DNA of 64,000 nt from assembly GCA_032718475.1 (NCBI GenBank), contig JAUCBJ010007408.1:1-64000 (forward strand). Reading direction: 5' to 3'. Origin of the DNA: Nemertoderma westbladi (taxonomy: Eukaryota; Animalia; Xenacoelomorpha). Of the stretch, positions 45,610-58,745 are shown in pieces. A program made the translations under genes and the position numbers. Position 1 is the stretch's first letter. Each line of letters begins with the position of its first letter. Below the pieces are notes generated by a model. That model saw nothing but the letters and a program-made list of their open reading frames with translations, searched no databases and had not been told where the DNA came from.

Positions 45610-48240
45610 TCAGTTTCCCTGGGCAGTGACGCCAGTCCTGTGACCAACGTGCCAGACCAACGTGGTGTCAGTCCAATATGTGACCTTCAGATTGGCCTCC
45701 AGTTCACGCTGAACTAGACTGACGATGTTGATAGATATCGTCCCATCCTGAAGCTCTCCCCGAGGTACTGTCATGTACTTCAAAGGCATTGTCTTAGCCT
45801 TTGAAGTTACGAATGACACCTCATAACTGTCTGATGTCACTTGTCTGCGTAGGTACAAAGTAACCCCCAGTCCATCCTTACTAGCATCACTGAAGCTGTG
45901 TAGCTCCAGATCTGCAGGAAATGTGGACTGTAAGGGAAAGTATACCCTTGGGATGGTATAGTCTTGTAGGAGTGGCAACTGTGCCTCCCAGCCCCTCCAT
46001 CGCTTGGCCAGCTTTTCCGGAATGGAATCATCCCATTCCAGTCCGGCTTGCCAAATGCTGTGGAGTATGATCCTTACAGTGGGTCATACAAACGACTCAT
46101 TGTTGACAGGCAGGTTCTCTTGGTGAGAGGCCTTTTCTGGTGGTTCGTTTTTATGCGCACCCTAAAGTTGTTGGTGTTTGGATCCCAACTAAGTCCCAGG
46201 ACCTTGGTCGTGGGCAGAGGTTCCAGGTCTAGTTCTAACGCACCTCCGCTATGTTCAATGGGGTCAAAGGAGTTCACTAGCTCGGGGTTGTTGGAGGCGA
46301 ATCTTGTGAGATGGAAACCCCCCTCTGCGAGGCAGTTCTGGAGCTGGTGTGCTATGGTTGTAGCACGCTCCAGAGTGTCGCAACTCTTGAGGCCGTCATC
46401 CACATAAAAATTACACTCCACTGTCCGAACGACGTCTAGTCTGTCACGCTGGACTAAGGCTGTTTGCTTTAGGGCGTACATGGTACAGTTTGGGCTGTCA
46501 CTGGCCTCAAAAACTCTAACCTGCATTTGGTAGGTTTCTGGTGGAAGGTTTAAATTTCCATCCAGGCACCATAGGAACCTCAAACTGTCCCTCTCTTGCT
46601 CCAAAGCTTGAACCTGGTGGAACATGGCCTCTTCGTCACAGGTGAAGGCCACCTTGCGTTGTCTAAAACGCATCAGGACCCCCATGAGGTAATTGTTCAT
46701 ATTGGGCCTGTCCATCAATTCGGTATTCATCAACATCCCTTGGTAAAGGGCGGTGCAGTCGCTTACGACGCTCACTTTACCAGGTTTGTCTGGGTGCCAT
46801 AAGAAATGATGTGGCAGGTAATATGTCTCGTCTGTGGTTACCTCAGGGTTTGTCATCCTGATAGCATATCCATTTTGGAGATATGTCTGAAGCTATGCGT
46901 TGTATTGCATATGGGCTGTCTCATCACATAATAATCACTGCCTTATCGACTTAAGTCGTTTTAACACAAGCGGATAATTATTGATGAACTTGGGTTGTCA
47001 ATGGTGCCACAACATCCCAACTTCGTAGTGTCCATTCGCGGTCTGGCGAATGCTATCCTTCATAATCTTTAAAGACCGTTTCTCCTGTTCTGAAATAGAA
47101 GTCTCGTAACTACCTGGTTCTGCCATGTCCTGTTCCAACCATTGTATGGTTTTCTCAGTCAATAGTTTGTCAAGCGCCGCTTGCACTGCGCCATGGTCCT
47201 TATCTACATTGTCATTGGATACCGTGGCCAGTGACAATGTGGCTGGTAGGCTCGCAAGCCTTCCGGTGTCACTAGTCGGCATCGAAACGCTGTGAGGTGG
47301 TTTGACAACCGTTGGATCTGTCAGTAGGCTCGCAAGCCTTCCAAAGTCCGCTACCGGTGGCGAAACGTTATGGAATGGCTCGATGACCTTTGGATCTATC
47401 GGTAGGCTCGCAAGACTTCCAAGATCCTCGTTCGTCGATACATCCACCGCGTCAACCCTTTGGTCTTTGGTAGTCGATACAACCTGTTTCGCTGCAAGTA
47501 GCTGTAAGGTAGAGGTTTGTGTGGTCTCGTCTAAGTCAGTTATGTCGGTGTCTGTAGCGACGCAAGTCTGCTGGTGCACTGCCTGTACTGTAGGACCATA
47601 AGAATGTGAGGGAGAATTTACTAATGTAGTAGTAGTTAACAAACTACACGTACTCAGTACGTCGTCCTCCTGATCACTTACCTCTTGTGAACACACAGGT
47701 GCTCTCGTATACAAACCTATAGGAGTACTACAAGCGTAAGGGTTGCCCGCTGTTACCACAGATGGACGTGTCTCCCATACTTGATACAAGTGGTCTGTTC
47801 CAATCAACATCACTATAGAACGATAATTAACTGGACACTCCAGTATTCCAAGATGTCGGAAATACTTACAATCTTCTGGAGATTGCTCTGGCACAGGACC
47901 GAGTAAGTTGCTAAAGTCCTTCGTGGCCACAAATGTAAGGTTTCTTACCAGAAGTAATGAGCATTCCTCCCTACTATGCTCCGCTTTGGAAAGAAGGGTA
48001 TTCAGGGTCAACTTGACCCTTGTTACGGGTATCGCCCTCTTCTTACCATTCATGCTGCTCACGATATACTGAGCTGTCTTACCTTGACTCATGTCGGTGA
48101 CTACGTCAGCCACCTGCTTGGCAATGTAACTATGCGAAGACGCAGAATCTTGGATAGCGTAGATGCGCTTGCTCCCTCTGGTTCCAGTGATTTTAATGGG
48201 GATAACACTGAATCCTTTCAGCTGGTTCTGCATGAGGAGA
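45610..48240 (-). pseudogene. Element 3 pol: protease, RT, RNase H
   Basis: AIQDSASSHSYI; YYLPHH, LMRFRQ, MFHQV, NFYVDDGL, LYDPL; LHSFSDASKDG, VPRGEL, YWTD. Confidence 0.88.
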
Positions 48241-48241
48241 G

Positions 48242-51200
48242 TTATGGATGGCTGTTCTTCCTCCCCTGCATGCACGTAGAAGGTCTCATCCTCTGAGTCT
48301 TTATCGTCCAATAATCCTGATTGGTGGATGTAGGCGGAGTAGAAGGTCTGAACCTCCCTTGGTGTGTGCGCCTTGTAAAGGGTGTTGCACTTGGCCGCTT
48401 TGTCGGGATGATCACATTGAAAACGTTTAGTTGGAGTGTGGCTAGTCTTGTGGAGCAACTTGTCATGGTTGTGTCCACAAGTGTCGTTTCCTGGACAGTC
48501 CTTTCGGACATGCCTGGGCATGGTACATCTCCAACAAGAATCCAATGGATGGATCTGGAGTCTTCTCTCCTCACTCCTAGATCTCTGAAAGCATGACATC
48601 CGCACAACTTGTGTCTGCCGTAGCGTCCTCCATTCATTTCACAGAACTGACATCCGTTGAAATCTGCAGGCAACTGCTGCCATGACTGTTTGGCGCCAAT
48701 GGGTGTCAAAACCTGGGAGGTATCCATCGGAGTAGCATAGCTGACGGCTTTTGCGTTTGTCGGAAGCTGCTTGGTCCGAATCGGCGCTGCGATCATGATC
48801 CCTTCTGCCTCTATGTGATGGACGGTATAGTTCGACCGTGTCTCTACTACGGCCTCTCGTGTATCAGCTGGTAGACATCCATTAGCCGCAGTAATCCACT
48901 GGCCTCTTCACCCTGGTACTCCACCTTACACCACTCTCGATGCAGTCGATGATGGAGTCGGCCGATAATCCTAATCAAGACAGTCGGCGGGTTGGCGTAT
49001 TCGAGTTGACTGATAGACTGCAAGGTTCCTATAGCATTCTTTATCTCATCCGCCAATCGAAGTAGATCTATGGGTTTCGAGATGGGTCTGCCTCCACAGA
49101 AGTCTTCTATAATGGATTTAGCCATCGCGACATTACCACCCTATATGGAGAATAGGAGGTCGTACACTAGCTCGTAGGCATCTGGAACTCTGATAAAGTT
49201 TTCCGGCAACCTTTTCGGCTCACCCGAGAGTACTTGAAGTAGATAGTTGAATTTCTCCATAGAGGTGAATGCACACATGGCAATTTGAGACTCAACATAG
49301 TCTACCAACGTACACCAATGTTTCGCGTTGCCCGAGAACTTCAAAGGTTGTTGTGCCGGTAATCCATGTCAGGCCACGAATTTAGTGATCTCGTTAACTA
49401 TACCCAACTGTCCACATCCCTGTCCAGGGATGGCGTTCAGTCGGTCCTGTCCACGTGAAGTTCGTCGATACGGTTCGTAATCATCAGGATCTTATCCTCA
49501 AGGATTTAGGGTTTGCCATACTTCTGGTTCTCAATAAGGTGGTCGCTGTGGTTGAGGTTGGGGTTGTTTCAACTCATCGCTGGCTCGTGATCTATACGAA
49601 GGCGGCGCTTCGAGTCGCTCTTTGATTTGAGCCAACCGGTCCACTACAGGTCGCATCATCTTGGTGAGTTGTCTGGCGATAATCGCCTCTGCCGGGTGCG
49701 ACGTAGGTCTTTGCACGGGTGTTTCTCATGGAGGATTGTCGATATACGGGTTCGTCGTTCTATCCGGTTCCCGCTTGTAATCGCTGGCCGCATGAAGAAT
49801 ACACCGAATATATCCCTTTCTGTAGACTCCGTATCGCTAGATGAATCGCTGTCGTTTGGATACAGCTGGTGGTTTCGTGTTCGGCGTATTACTCTAGTTG
49901 GTTGGGTTCGTTTTGGTTTGGAATCTACGGTTCTTCGTCGTTCGGTAGGCTCGCAAGCCTTCCACAAAGTCGTAGGTCTCGATAAACTCGGTTCGAACCT
50001 GTTGGTACTACCCACATCTACGGTTCTCCGTCATTCGGTAGGCTCGCAAGCCTTCCAAGAATTCGTAGGTCTCGATACACATTGAGTGAGTGGTGTAGTA
50101 AAGATGCCAGATTTAGGAGGTACTGTTGGTCTATAAATAACAGGGTTTGCGCAGCACGTCACAGGTTTAACTAGAGCCGGTTTACTCACCTGTTTCACTG
50201 TCATAAATGCAGGTTCGTCCCTCTTTACAAGTAAACTACGGCTTACAATAGGTGGACTTCTAACCTTACCTGCTAGAATCAGCGATGATGTCGCTCGTGG
50301 CTGTAGAACTGATTATCGGTTTGATCGGTGATTAACCGGTATCACAAACCTGTTACCTTGAGTTGCACGTACAGGCGATATCTCTTTAGGCTTCACAACT
50401 ATGATCACTTTCACTGGAGTCATGGGTTTGAACATAGGAATAACTTGGGGGAATAGTTGACAATAGTCCTCAACAAACTCCTCTCCTCGCTCTATCGCTC
50501 CTACACTTCCTTCTTCGATACGCTTCTGGATTCCGCAATACCGAGCCTCCAAACGATCTATGGCAGACAAATCATGCCTACCTCGTGATCTTATAGATCT
50601 GCCACTCGCATCGAGTTAGAGATCCTCTTGCGCGTTTGCCAACTTGCTCAATCTGCGATTGAGTTAGAACTGTAGTGCAAATCTTTCTCGCACCGATCGG
50701 CCTCCTGCTGTTGCGCCGCTAACTCCACTTCCCGCACGGCCAAACGAGCGTTTATCTGTCACACTTCCAGCTCGGTACGAGCATCAGTAGCTGCCTTTTG
50801 TTGCGCTATCTCTTCTGTCTTTTGTTGCACTAACTCATCTGCCTTTTGTCGCGCTAACTCAGCTGCCGCAGTCGCTGAGGGTGCTTCTCGTGCTATATCT
50901 TCCTCTAATTTCCGCATCTCTGATGTTTAAAATTCGGTTTGAGCTCAGAGTTGAGCTTTTCTCGCATCATCTTCCCTACGTTGTCTCTCTCCCTTGACTG
51001 CAGCCTGCACCATCAGCAGCAGCGCTTCTTCCTCGGTAATCTGTTGCTGGCATCCGATCTCCTGTTGTTGTCGAGTAATTACTGATGCTGTTCGACCAAC
51101 ATCACCAGCGTCGCTCCATATGCTAACAAACGAAATATCCAGGTGTGGATTTTGGTAGGCTCGCAAGCCTTCTATAGCGAGAACTTCTGTCGTTCCTGTC

Positions 51201-51762
51201 GGTAGAACTTCGATCGGCACGCCACGTCTATGGAGAAAGTTGGTAAGCGCTTCTAATTTCCAGTCCAGGCAGTATAATTCTTCTTCCTCTTCGGGTTGCA
51301 ACAAAGCGTCCAAGACTGACTCACCCATCAGTTGGTCGAGTTGTTCTCTTTGAGTCGATCCTACAACCAACTTAAACTGAATTAGACTTTCCCTCGCACT
51401 TACCAGTTTATCTGTTCTTCTTACCTGAGTAAAATTGTCGTCACATAACTCCACTAATTCGTATAAACTTCGGAGTTTATCTACGGAGGCATGTACCCTA
51501 TGTTCTACTCTTACCTGTAGGGCGTAGAATGCATGACACGACAGAATTCGCGCACAACGTGAAAACCTTCTCTGATATTTCGGGTGATCTGAGCCATGTG
51601 TCCTCCTATGCTCCTAATAATGTTCTCCTGGCTCCCAGTCAAACTTACCATGTCTGGTTCCCGCGATCTGGATTGCGGGATGGTAAGGAAGTCTTCGGTT
51701 CTACCGTCACCACGAGCTATGGCTTCTGGTATTTCCATTGGCGGTACCGGCGACACACACAC
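48242..51762 (-). pseudogene. Element 3 gag, fragmented
   Basis: KFSGNAKHW...EKFNYL..L.GEPK; L..IIGRL...L.REW; Cys/His knuckles CQFC...H..C and CWRC..PRH..KDC; coiled-coil pieces upstream. Confidence 0.7.
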
Positions 51763-51849
51763 GGTTTGACATCAGTAGAATCGTGAGTCCTCACCAAAAA
51801 TCATTACCAAATCAACCTGGATTTTAGACATTATGGGTTTTCTGGGACA

Positions 51850-52360
51850 CTGATCACGAATATGACACTCAAAAATATCGTATTATCCAACCAAACTCGC
51901 TTTTTGCAATTTGAAATGTTTGCTACTTGTAATTTTCGTCCCAACAGAAAAGCACCAAAATTGACAGTTGCATTACCACGAATGATTTGTAACGTGTTAT
52001 ATCGTGATCAGCTACCTTGAAAACCAGTATAGCTTCAGAATTACCAAATCATAGGCATAATTTGACAGTTTATAAGTTTGTGCTACTTGTAATTTTCGTT
52101 CTGGGGCACTAGAATAGCACCAAAATTGGGTTTGCATTACCAGAAATATTTATAACTAGTAATCAATTACTCGTAATCAGCGACCTCGAAAACACATACG
52201 TTCAGAATTATCAAACCAAACACAAATTTTTTTATGTTGACATTTTTTTACTTGTACTTTTCATACTGGGGGACCAAAATAGCACAAAAAATGATGGTTG
52301 CTTTTCCAAAAAATATTTTTAACAAGTTTTATCATGATCAGCGACCTCAAAACCCTATTA
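51850..52360. repeat. ~185-bp tandem repeat (3 copies), probably from a DNA-transposon/MITE insertion
   Basis: TACTTGTAATTTTCGT...AGCACCAAAA...GTGATCAGC.ACCT..AAA.C recurs three times. Confidence 0.7.
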
Positions 52361-53097
52361 TTTAATAGGTTCAGCCACTCTGCTTCAGTTTCCATAATAA
52401 ATTCTAATTTATTCGTGTATTAACTTGTTTGTACAATAACTAACCGAATAGGCTACATATATTCTACGATAATCTATAAAAAAAACAAGTGTATACGGTG
52501 CTTACTACTATTACTAGTATAATACAGTTTGAATTTCGCTCTAATAAAACCCAATAACGACCAATAAACCAATGAAAACAGTCGATTTTAAGAGCCAAAC
52601 TTTAAACGCGTTTTTCTCAGAATAAACATTTTTTCCCCAGGTCCCTTTTCTCGCAACCAGCCACAAATGCATAAATTAGACAGTGGAACCCACAAATTTT
52701 GAGTAATACTGTGCTCTAAGTTTAAACGACACGAGTCGTGAAATTTACGTTAAATTTATGTTTAAATTGACGAGAACTGTTCTGTTTCCAGCATCGCGGA
52801 CGAATCTTTTACCTCCAAAACTTGCTAAAAACGGCTTGATCTTCGAAGCGGTCCAGAAATGAGGCTTTGAGTCCTGAAAAATCAAAGGTGAGAGTTTTAC
52901 GGACTACTCTAGAAAAAAAATTCATAGGTACTGACACAAATTGGTAATTAAACCTTTTCATGTACCAAAAAAAAATAACACCGCACACACACACGGCCTA
53001 AAGACAAAATTTAATTACAAAAAATTAGCCTATAGCTAATCAAATACAAAACTAGTCTAAATTACGTAAATTTTACCGATATTCACTAAAGTTATAA

Positions 53098-53340
53098 AAT
53101 ACCGCTTACTGTAAAATGCATACACGTTTTACAGAATTGTACATTCTGTAAAACGTGTATGGAATTTGTACAATCTGTACGATTGTACAAATTCTAGGCC
53201 TACTAAATATTTAATAAGATACCGCTTACTGTAAAAAACGCACAAGTGTTTTTTACAGAATGTACAAGTTATAGTGATATTAAATGCGCACGCATTTTAC
53301 AGAATGCACGTAAATTATGTACGTACCGCTTACTGTAAAG
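53098..53340. repeat. Short dispersed repeat with internal palindromes
   Basis: TACCGCTTACTGTAAA three times; TTTTACAGAAT...ATTCTGTAAAA inverted pairs. Confidence 0.6.
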
Positions 53341-54204
53341 TCCAGTAATCAATAACAGGGGTTGTACAGTATCTACCATGAAATCCCAGCACAGGAAAGG
53401 TCTAAATAATAGATACTAGTGTACACAAACTACTACTGGCGAGATCGGTGCCTGTTGTCTTCCTCTAAACTTGGGCGAATCAATTGCCCGGGCTAACTTG
53501 ACAATCAGGGTGACCGGTCCCTAACTGGTGAGGCAGATGTACAGTCTACAGGAACAGACCAAACTCTCGAGAAAACAATCCCCACTCCATCACTAACTAC
53601 CGCTAATGGACCTAAAATACTGTAGACTTGCCGCGGTGTGATTTACATGGGTATAATACGAGCCAGTGAGTCAACCAAACACAAGCGTGAAACAATACTG
53701 CCGATTCAAAAAAAGCAGTCAAACAGGGTACAACATCAGAAGAACAATAAAACAGAATCTCGAGGCGCTAGTGTGTGTGTGTGTATTATGGTAAAACAAA
53801 ATTTTGGGGTAATTTTGGAATGATATACTAGGTTTTGATGACTTTAACAACAAAATAATACCGGGTGCTAGCTACTAGAATAAGCTAGTGGCTCTCTGTA
53901 GGTGCAATACTTACAAACTGACGTCAAAGGGGCTCTCTCCTCCTATATTCACAACCTGGTTGGAAAATTACGGTGTTAGTAACTACGCCCATGATCGGCA
54001 CTGATACCAGACTCTGATTGCGAAAATAGAGAATAGGGTGTTAATTTGTTACCGTACTACTAGCTGATCTGGGATGTATTTGATTCTAGAATTTTGTTGC
54101 TGCGGTGGTATACAGCAAATACCTATCAGTACGTGGCAAGGGCGTGGTAGGATGTTAGTATCCACCTTTTAGCCTAAATGTGTGCCAGTAGCACCTTGTT
54201 CCAC

Positions 54205-54477
54205 CTTGGTGTAGTGGTTGCATTGAATTCACATCTCCCGTAGGTCTTGGGTTCGATCCTCACATGAGCCAGGGCAGTTTTCGTTTCGGCACGAATGCTT
54301 TAAAGGGACCAGCCAGGGCGCATCTCTGCCTTGAATCCGTAAGTGGTAGCTAAATGAGTACTGGAGTTTCCTTTGGGGAGTAAAGTTCTGGGGGGACCGC
54401 ACTGTAAATAAGTCGTCAGACTTTGTGCGTAATCCCTGGCCTAGTGGCCGAAGAAAATTTACTTTACTTTACTTTAG
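54205..54477 (+). mobile_element. tRNA-derived SINE, copy 2
   Basis: A box TGGTGTAGTGG, B box GGTTCGATCC, central TAAATGAGTAC block, 3' stem-loop and (TTTAC)3 tail; homologous to 377-650. Confidence 0.82.
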
Positions 54478-54714
54478 CAGAAGGCTGCCCTTTGCCTGAG
54501 TAAATATGTTAGACTCAGACAGATCAGTCAACTGCAAGGCCTATAGTGCTAACTGGTACTGCACCGCTAGTACGGTAAAGTCACCAAATTATAGAGCGTG
54601 CTATTTGAACCTAAGTGTACTCGCGTGTACTAGCAAACAGCACCAGCTCGCACCTGTAAGCGGTACAGGTTCACTGTGGGGTTTCTGTCTGAATCTGAGA
54701 TATTTACTCCTAAA

Positions 54715-55241
54715 TGTGAGTGGATTCAATTCTGCCCACCACCCCATAAAGTTAGGAAGTGGCACCTTTTAGCAATATTGGGGATACACACAAAGGGAGG
54801 TCAGAGGTTAAACCTCCGGGAGAGGAAAGTGACAGCAGCGGGGGGGGGGGGGGGGGGGGAATCACTCCCACAGAGGTGGGAGCCGAGAATTAGGTTATTG
54901 GCCAATCAGAGCCAAAGTAACTGCATCCGCTAAGTAATAAGGCCAAAAGTACAGTTGGTAATCAATATATTACCGGTCAGTATCCATATCATAATTCAGT
55001 TATCTCAGTCACCCAGGGCAGTACGGTGACACTTTAACACCGTCACCGCCATCATCAATATATTACCGTACAGCATTTACCGGTAACCTTGCTTCAGTTA
55101 TCTCATGCTATCACTCTATATTATATATTATATTACCGAACTCTATTAACAATATTGGAACAACAATAACCAATTGTTTTCTTAACCGTGCGGCGACGCG
55201 TAAATAAACCAAACCGGTCGGGATCCCCTGATCCCGTCACA
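54715..55241 (+). repeat. 5' LTR of element 2 (has an internal U3 deletion near 54787)
   Basis: Direct repeat of 58746-59301, lacking ~58783-58849. Confidence 0.9.
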
Positions 55242-55327
55242 GTGTTAAAGTCGCCTACTGACCCAGTAAAGTTACCGAGTACCTAGATAACTGTGACTGC
55301 CACCCACCAGAAAGAAGGAGAGACAAG

Positions 55328-57390
55328 ATGAGCGAAACCCGAAACCTCGAGGGAGAGACGACACCGCCGCGGACCCCGGATGATACGAACGAAACGATCC
55401 GCGAGGCCGCGACGCGACGGTATCGACCCGCAATGCCGGACTCGCCGGAGAGGAACGATCTGGTAGCCCAGGCAGAGGGCGGCCGTCTACCAGGGCAAGA
55501 GGAAGAGTCGACGCGCGACGGCGCACGACGTACCGATGTCGCCGGCCAGCCACAGGCCGAGGGCGATGGAAGGCCCACCGGAACGGCGACAGTGGGGCCG
55601 CTGGTACGACGCCGAACCAGGAGGGAAGGAGGAGAGATCGGCGATGAGGACATCAGAACCAGCGACCGGCTCCGACGAGCCTACAATGCAACCAAGAAGC
55701 AACTCAAGGAGGCTAGAGAGGGTGTAAAGATAGACCAGGGAAGTTAAACCAGCGACTAGGTGAGTCGAACAAACACTTTAAATACCTAGTTCGCTTCAAG
55801 CAGGGAGAACTAGCCAGTGAGAGAGCGAGGAGGGTCGCCACCGAACTATTTGAACTGTGGCGATCCGGGATTATGGAGCCCCAAGTTGTGTACATAGGGC
55901 CGTATTTAGTGGATGCTAGGGGAATTAAGTTAGTGGGTTGGGCAGACCCGCACGAGGGCGAATCCGAGATTAACCCCAAGGATTCGGTCTCGTCGGTTAG
56001 CGAGGACCCCAGAAAGCGGGGGAAAGTTAGTAGGACGGAGAGGCGACGGGAGTCCGTCGTGACCGACAAGTCCGCTACATCCTCCGCAAAAGTAAGAAGG
56101 GTGTTAGAAATAGATCTGGCGTGCCAGTTGGATATGGTGGCGCTAGACCAAAAGGAGTTGGAGAGGCAGTTGAAAGAGGGAACTGCGTTGTTTGAAAGAG
56201 AGAGAGAACTGGCGAGAGAGAACAAAGAGAGGGCTGAGAGGGTCGCGAGAAACTTTAGAGAGTGTGAGGAGATAGAAATAAGGGAAGGAAAAGAGCGAGG
56301 GGTGAGAGAGGAGAGTGAGCGAAAAGAGCGTGAGGCGAGAGAGGCGAGAGAAGCGGAATTGGCCGAGCAGAGTTTGCGAGAGGATAGGGAGAGAGAGAGA
56401 ACGGGAAAGCGTGTGCGGGATGATATGCACTGGACATCAGGGAGTTCGGGCGAGTCTCTAGGGCGAGAATTGGGGTGGACGGTAGGGTCACCGAAACAGT
56501 CGACATCGGGATTGTTGACGACGCCCATACCGGCAGGCACTGAGGGCGATTTCGCGCAGAGGAGGCCAGGGGAACTGGAAGGATGGAGAGTCACGGGCAA
56601 GAGCCAAGGTGGGAACGGACACAGTGGATCCACCGGGATACCGGGATTGGAGCCACTCCCAGAGGAGGACGAGGATGACGACGAATTCGGAGAGATGCCG
56701 CCCATCGGGAGAATCGGCCACTCGGACACGGACTGGGTTGGCAGGAGGGTGGTAACGGCCAGCGGGGCGAGAGCCTTCTGGGATAGACCCAGCAAGCGGG
56801 CCTGGGTGCATGAGGAGCCGGCGATGGATTTCGCGGAGAGCACCATCAGGTTGGGCGAGCAACAGGGAACGGCACCATGGGTAGTATTCGGAGAGACGAT
56901 GCCTGGGCGGGGCGAGGAGATAGACGTGGACAGGGACGCTAATGTCCAGAAGTTCGCTTACCAGCGACTCCATAGACCGAAGAGATCGCTTGGGACGAAA
57001 GACGACCTGGGGCGGGAGGCATTGGTACTTGGCTGCGATTACTGCGGGAGGCAGACTCACCAGGAAAGGAGCTGCTTGTACCGATTCCAAAAGGGGACTA
57101 GCTGTCTCTACTGCTGCGAGTCGAGTCATAGGATGGGGGCGTGTCCACGGTTGCACAACCGGTGTTCTAAGTGCAACTTCCGGGGGCACTACGGACGCCA
57201 GTGCGACTGGATGGATGATGAGGAGAAGTTTAGGATCTTCGAGGAGTGGGCCGATGTCGGTGCCATGACCCTGCAGCGGATGAAGGCCCAGGAATTCCGG
57301 TAGGGCTTCTTTAATATCAACCAGGAGGCCCACCTGGAAATCATTAAACGGAGACTTCCGTTTACTTATCAGGAGGTGTCAACGGCGGAC
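55328..57390 (+). pseudogene. Chimeric gag N-terminus fused in frame to accessory-ORF C-terminus (3 CCHC knuckles)
   Basis: 55328-56420 matches element 1 19093-17880; from ~56428 (HWTSGSSGES) it matches element 1 8355-7400. Confidence 0.85.
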
Positions 57391-57391
57391 T

Positions 57392-58745
57392 AGCGAAGTC
57401 TGCGTGCTAGCAGAACAACGAAATCTGCCTTGCCGCGGCATGACTGGTCCTCTCTGTTGCAACAGCCAAGTGTGAGATCCAGCTTCACGCTACAGCTGAG
57501 CAACAGGTATGAGGCTCTTGCCTCTGAGGCGGCAGATCACTGTGAGGGCTATACTGCCTTTACAGAAGCAGTTAAGTTAGCAGCTGCAGAAACAGTTCCT
57601 GTATACCCTCGAAACAGGAAAAGGGCCCCCTGGACTGACAACAAAATTCAGAAGTGCCGAAATGACCTTCATAAGGCGCAGAAAGAGTCCCGACTCAAAC
57701 AGACTACAGCGGCCAAAAATGCAGTTAAGGCTGCATCTAGGTCCCTGAACAGGCAGTACTCTGCTAATCTACAGGAGCTAATAAACCAACAGGTTGATGC
57801 CATCAATGATGCTGACGACAGCAGGCAATCATCCGAGGCATGGATTCGATCAATCTGCTTACTGGGTGGAAAAGCCAACCAACCACCAAGGTTAAGGCTG
57901 AATCACCAGCCGATCGCCTCAATGGTTGGAAAGCCCACTTTGAAAAGCTCCTCAATAATGACAGGGTATTGCCTGATAACTTTATAGAAGTAAAAGTGTC
58001 TGAGTCTGTACTCCCAGATATTCCCATTGGTGATATCTCCTTTGCAGAAGTGAAGGCTGCTGCAAAGAGCATTAAGACCAATCGTGCCAGTGGAGTAGAT
58101 GGTGTTCACCCTGAGGTGTTTAAATACCTGAGTGTTTAAAGCTCATCTATCCCATCATAGTAGACATGTACCGAACAAAATCTCCCTTACGGCATATCTC
58201 ACATAATGGCCCACAATCTTTTGTACTAACAGAAACATCGCCAGTTGAAATTCAATATCACTTACTACATATGGACCTGGTGAGGACCTTCGAATACGTA
58301 AGGGAAAGGCATGGGCAGCCTTGAATAGGCTTTCCAGGATTTGGAAGTCACCGAGAATTAATCGGAAACTTAAGGTCCGATTATTTAGAGCAGCAGTAGT
58401 TCCAGTACTCCTCTACGGGAGTCCATGCTGGGCTCTAACTGCTGAGGACACCAAATCTCTGGATGGCACATTCACAAGAATGCTACGCCGGGTTCATTGT
58501 GTCAAGTACAATGCACACATCTCCAACCAGACACTATATAACATTGGAGGTGTCTCATTGGTTCCCCCAAGCTTGACACTAGAACAAAATCGCCTCCGCT
58601 TTGCAGGACATTGCTTTCGCCGTGAGGACCAGCCAGTGCATAATCTTGTACTTTGGCAGCCTCATGGAGTGAATAAGCATGGTGGACAGCCCATGACTTT
58701 CTTGAGACGCATCTTAAAGGACACTGGCCTTAAAGATGTGGATGA
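57392..58745 (+). mobile_element. RTE-like LINE fragment nested in element 2 (RT core deleted)
   Basis: LSNRYEAL, WKAHFEKLLN, RASGVDGVHPEVFK, then KAWAALNRLSRIWKS...VLLYGS.CW...RLRFAGHCFR; same family as 1-265. Confidence 0.8.

Larger units (their letters stand above)
40245..54114 (-). mobile_element. Second, divergent, decayed BEL/Pao element (element 3); 3' end truncated, 5' boundary tentative
   Basis: Gag fragments 48242-51762, PR/RT/RH 45610-48605, integrase tail 43534-43725 and accessory ORF 40245-42915. A candidate single LTR at 53621-54114 (TG...CA) cannot be confirmed without a second copy. Confidence 0.75.

Noticed and set aside
53608-53820. Self-priming complementarity in element 3 (GTATTTTAGG vs GTAATTTTGG near 53809)
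   Set aside because: Only 8/10 match in AT-rich sequence and the LTR boundary is unconfirmed; not counted as support.
54205-54280. Functional tRNA gene
   Set aside because: A/B boxes are present but continue into a shared SINE body found twice; no proper cloverleaf.
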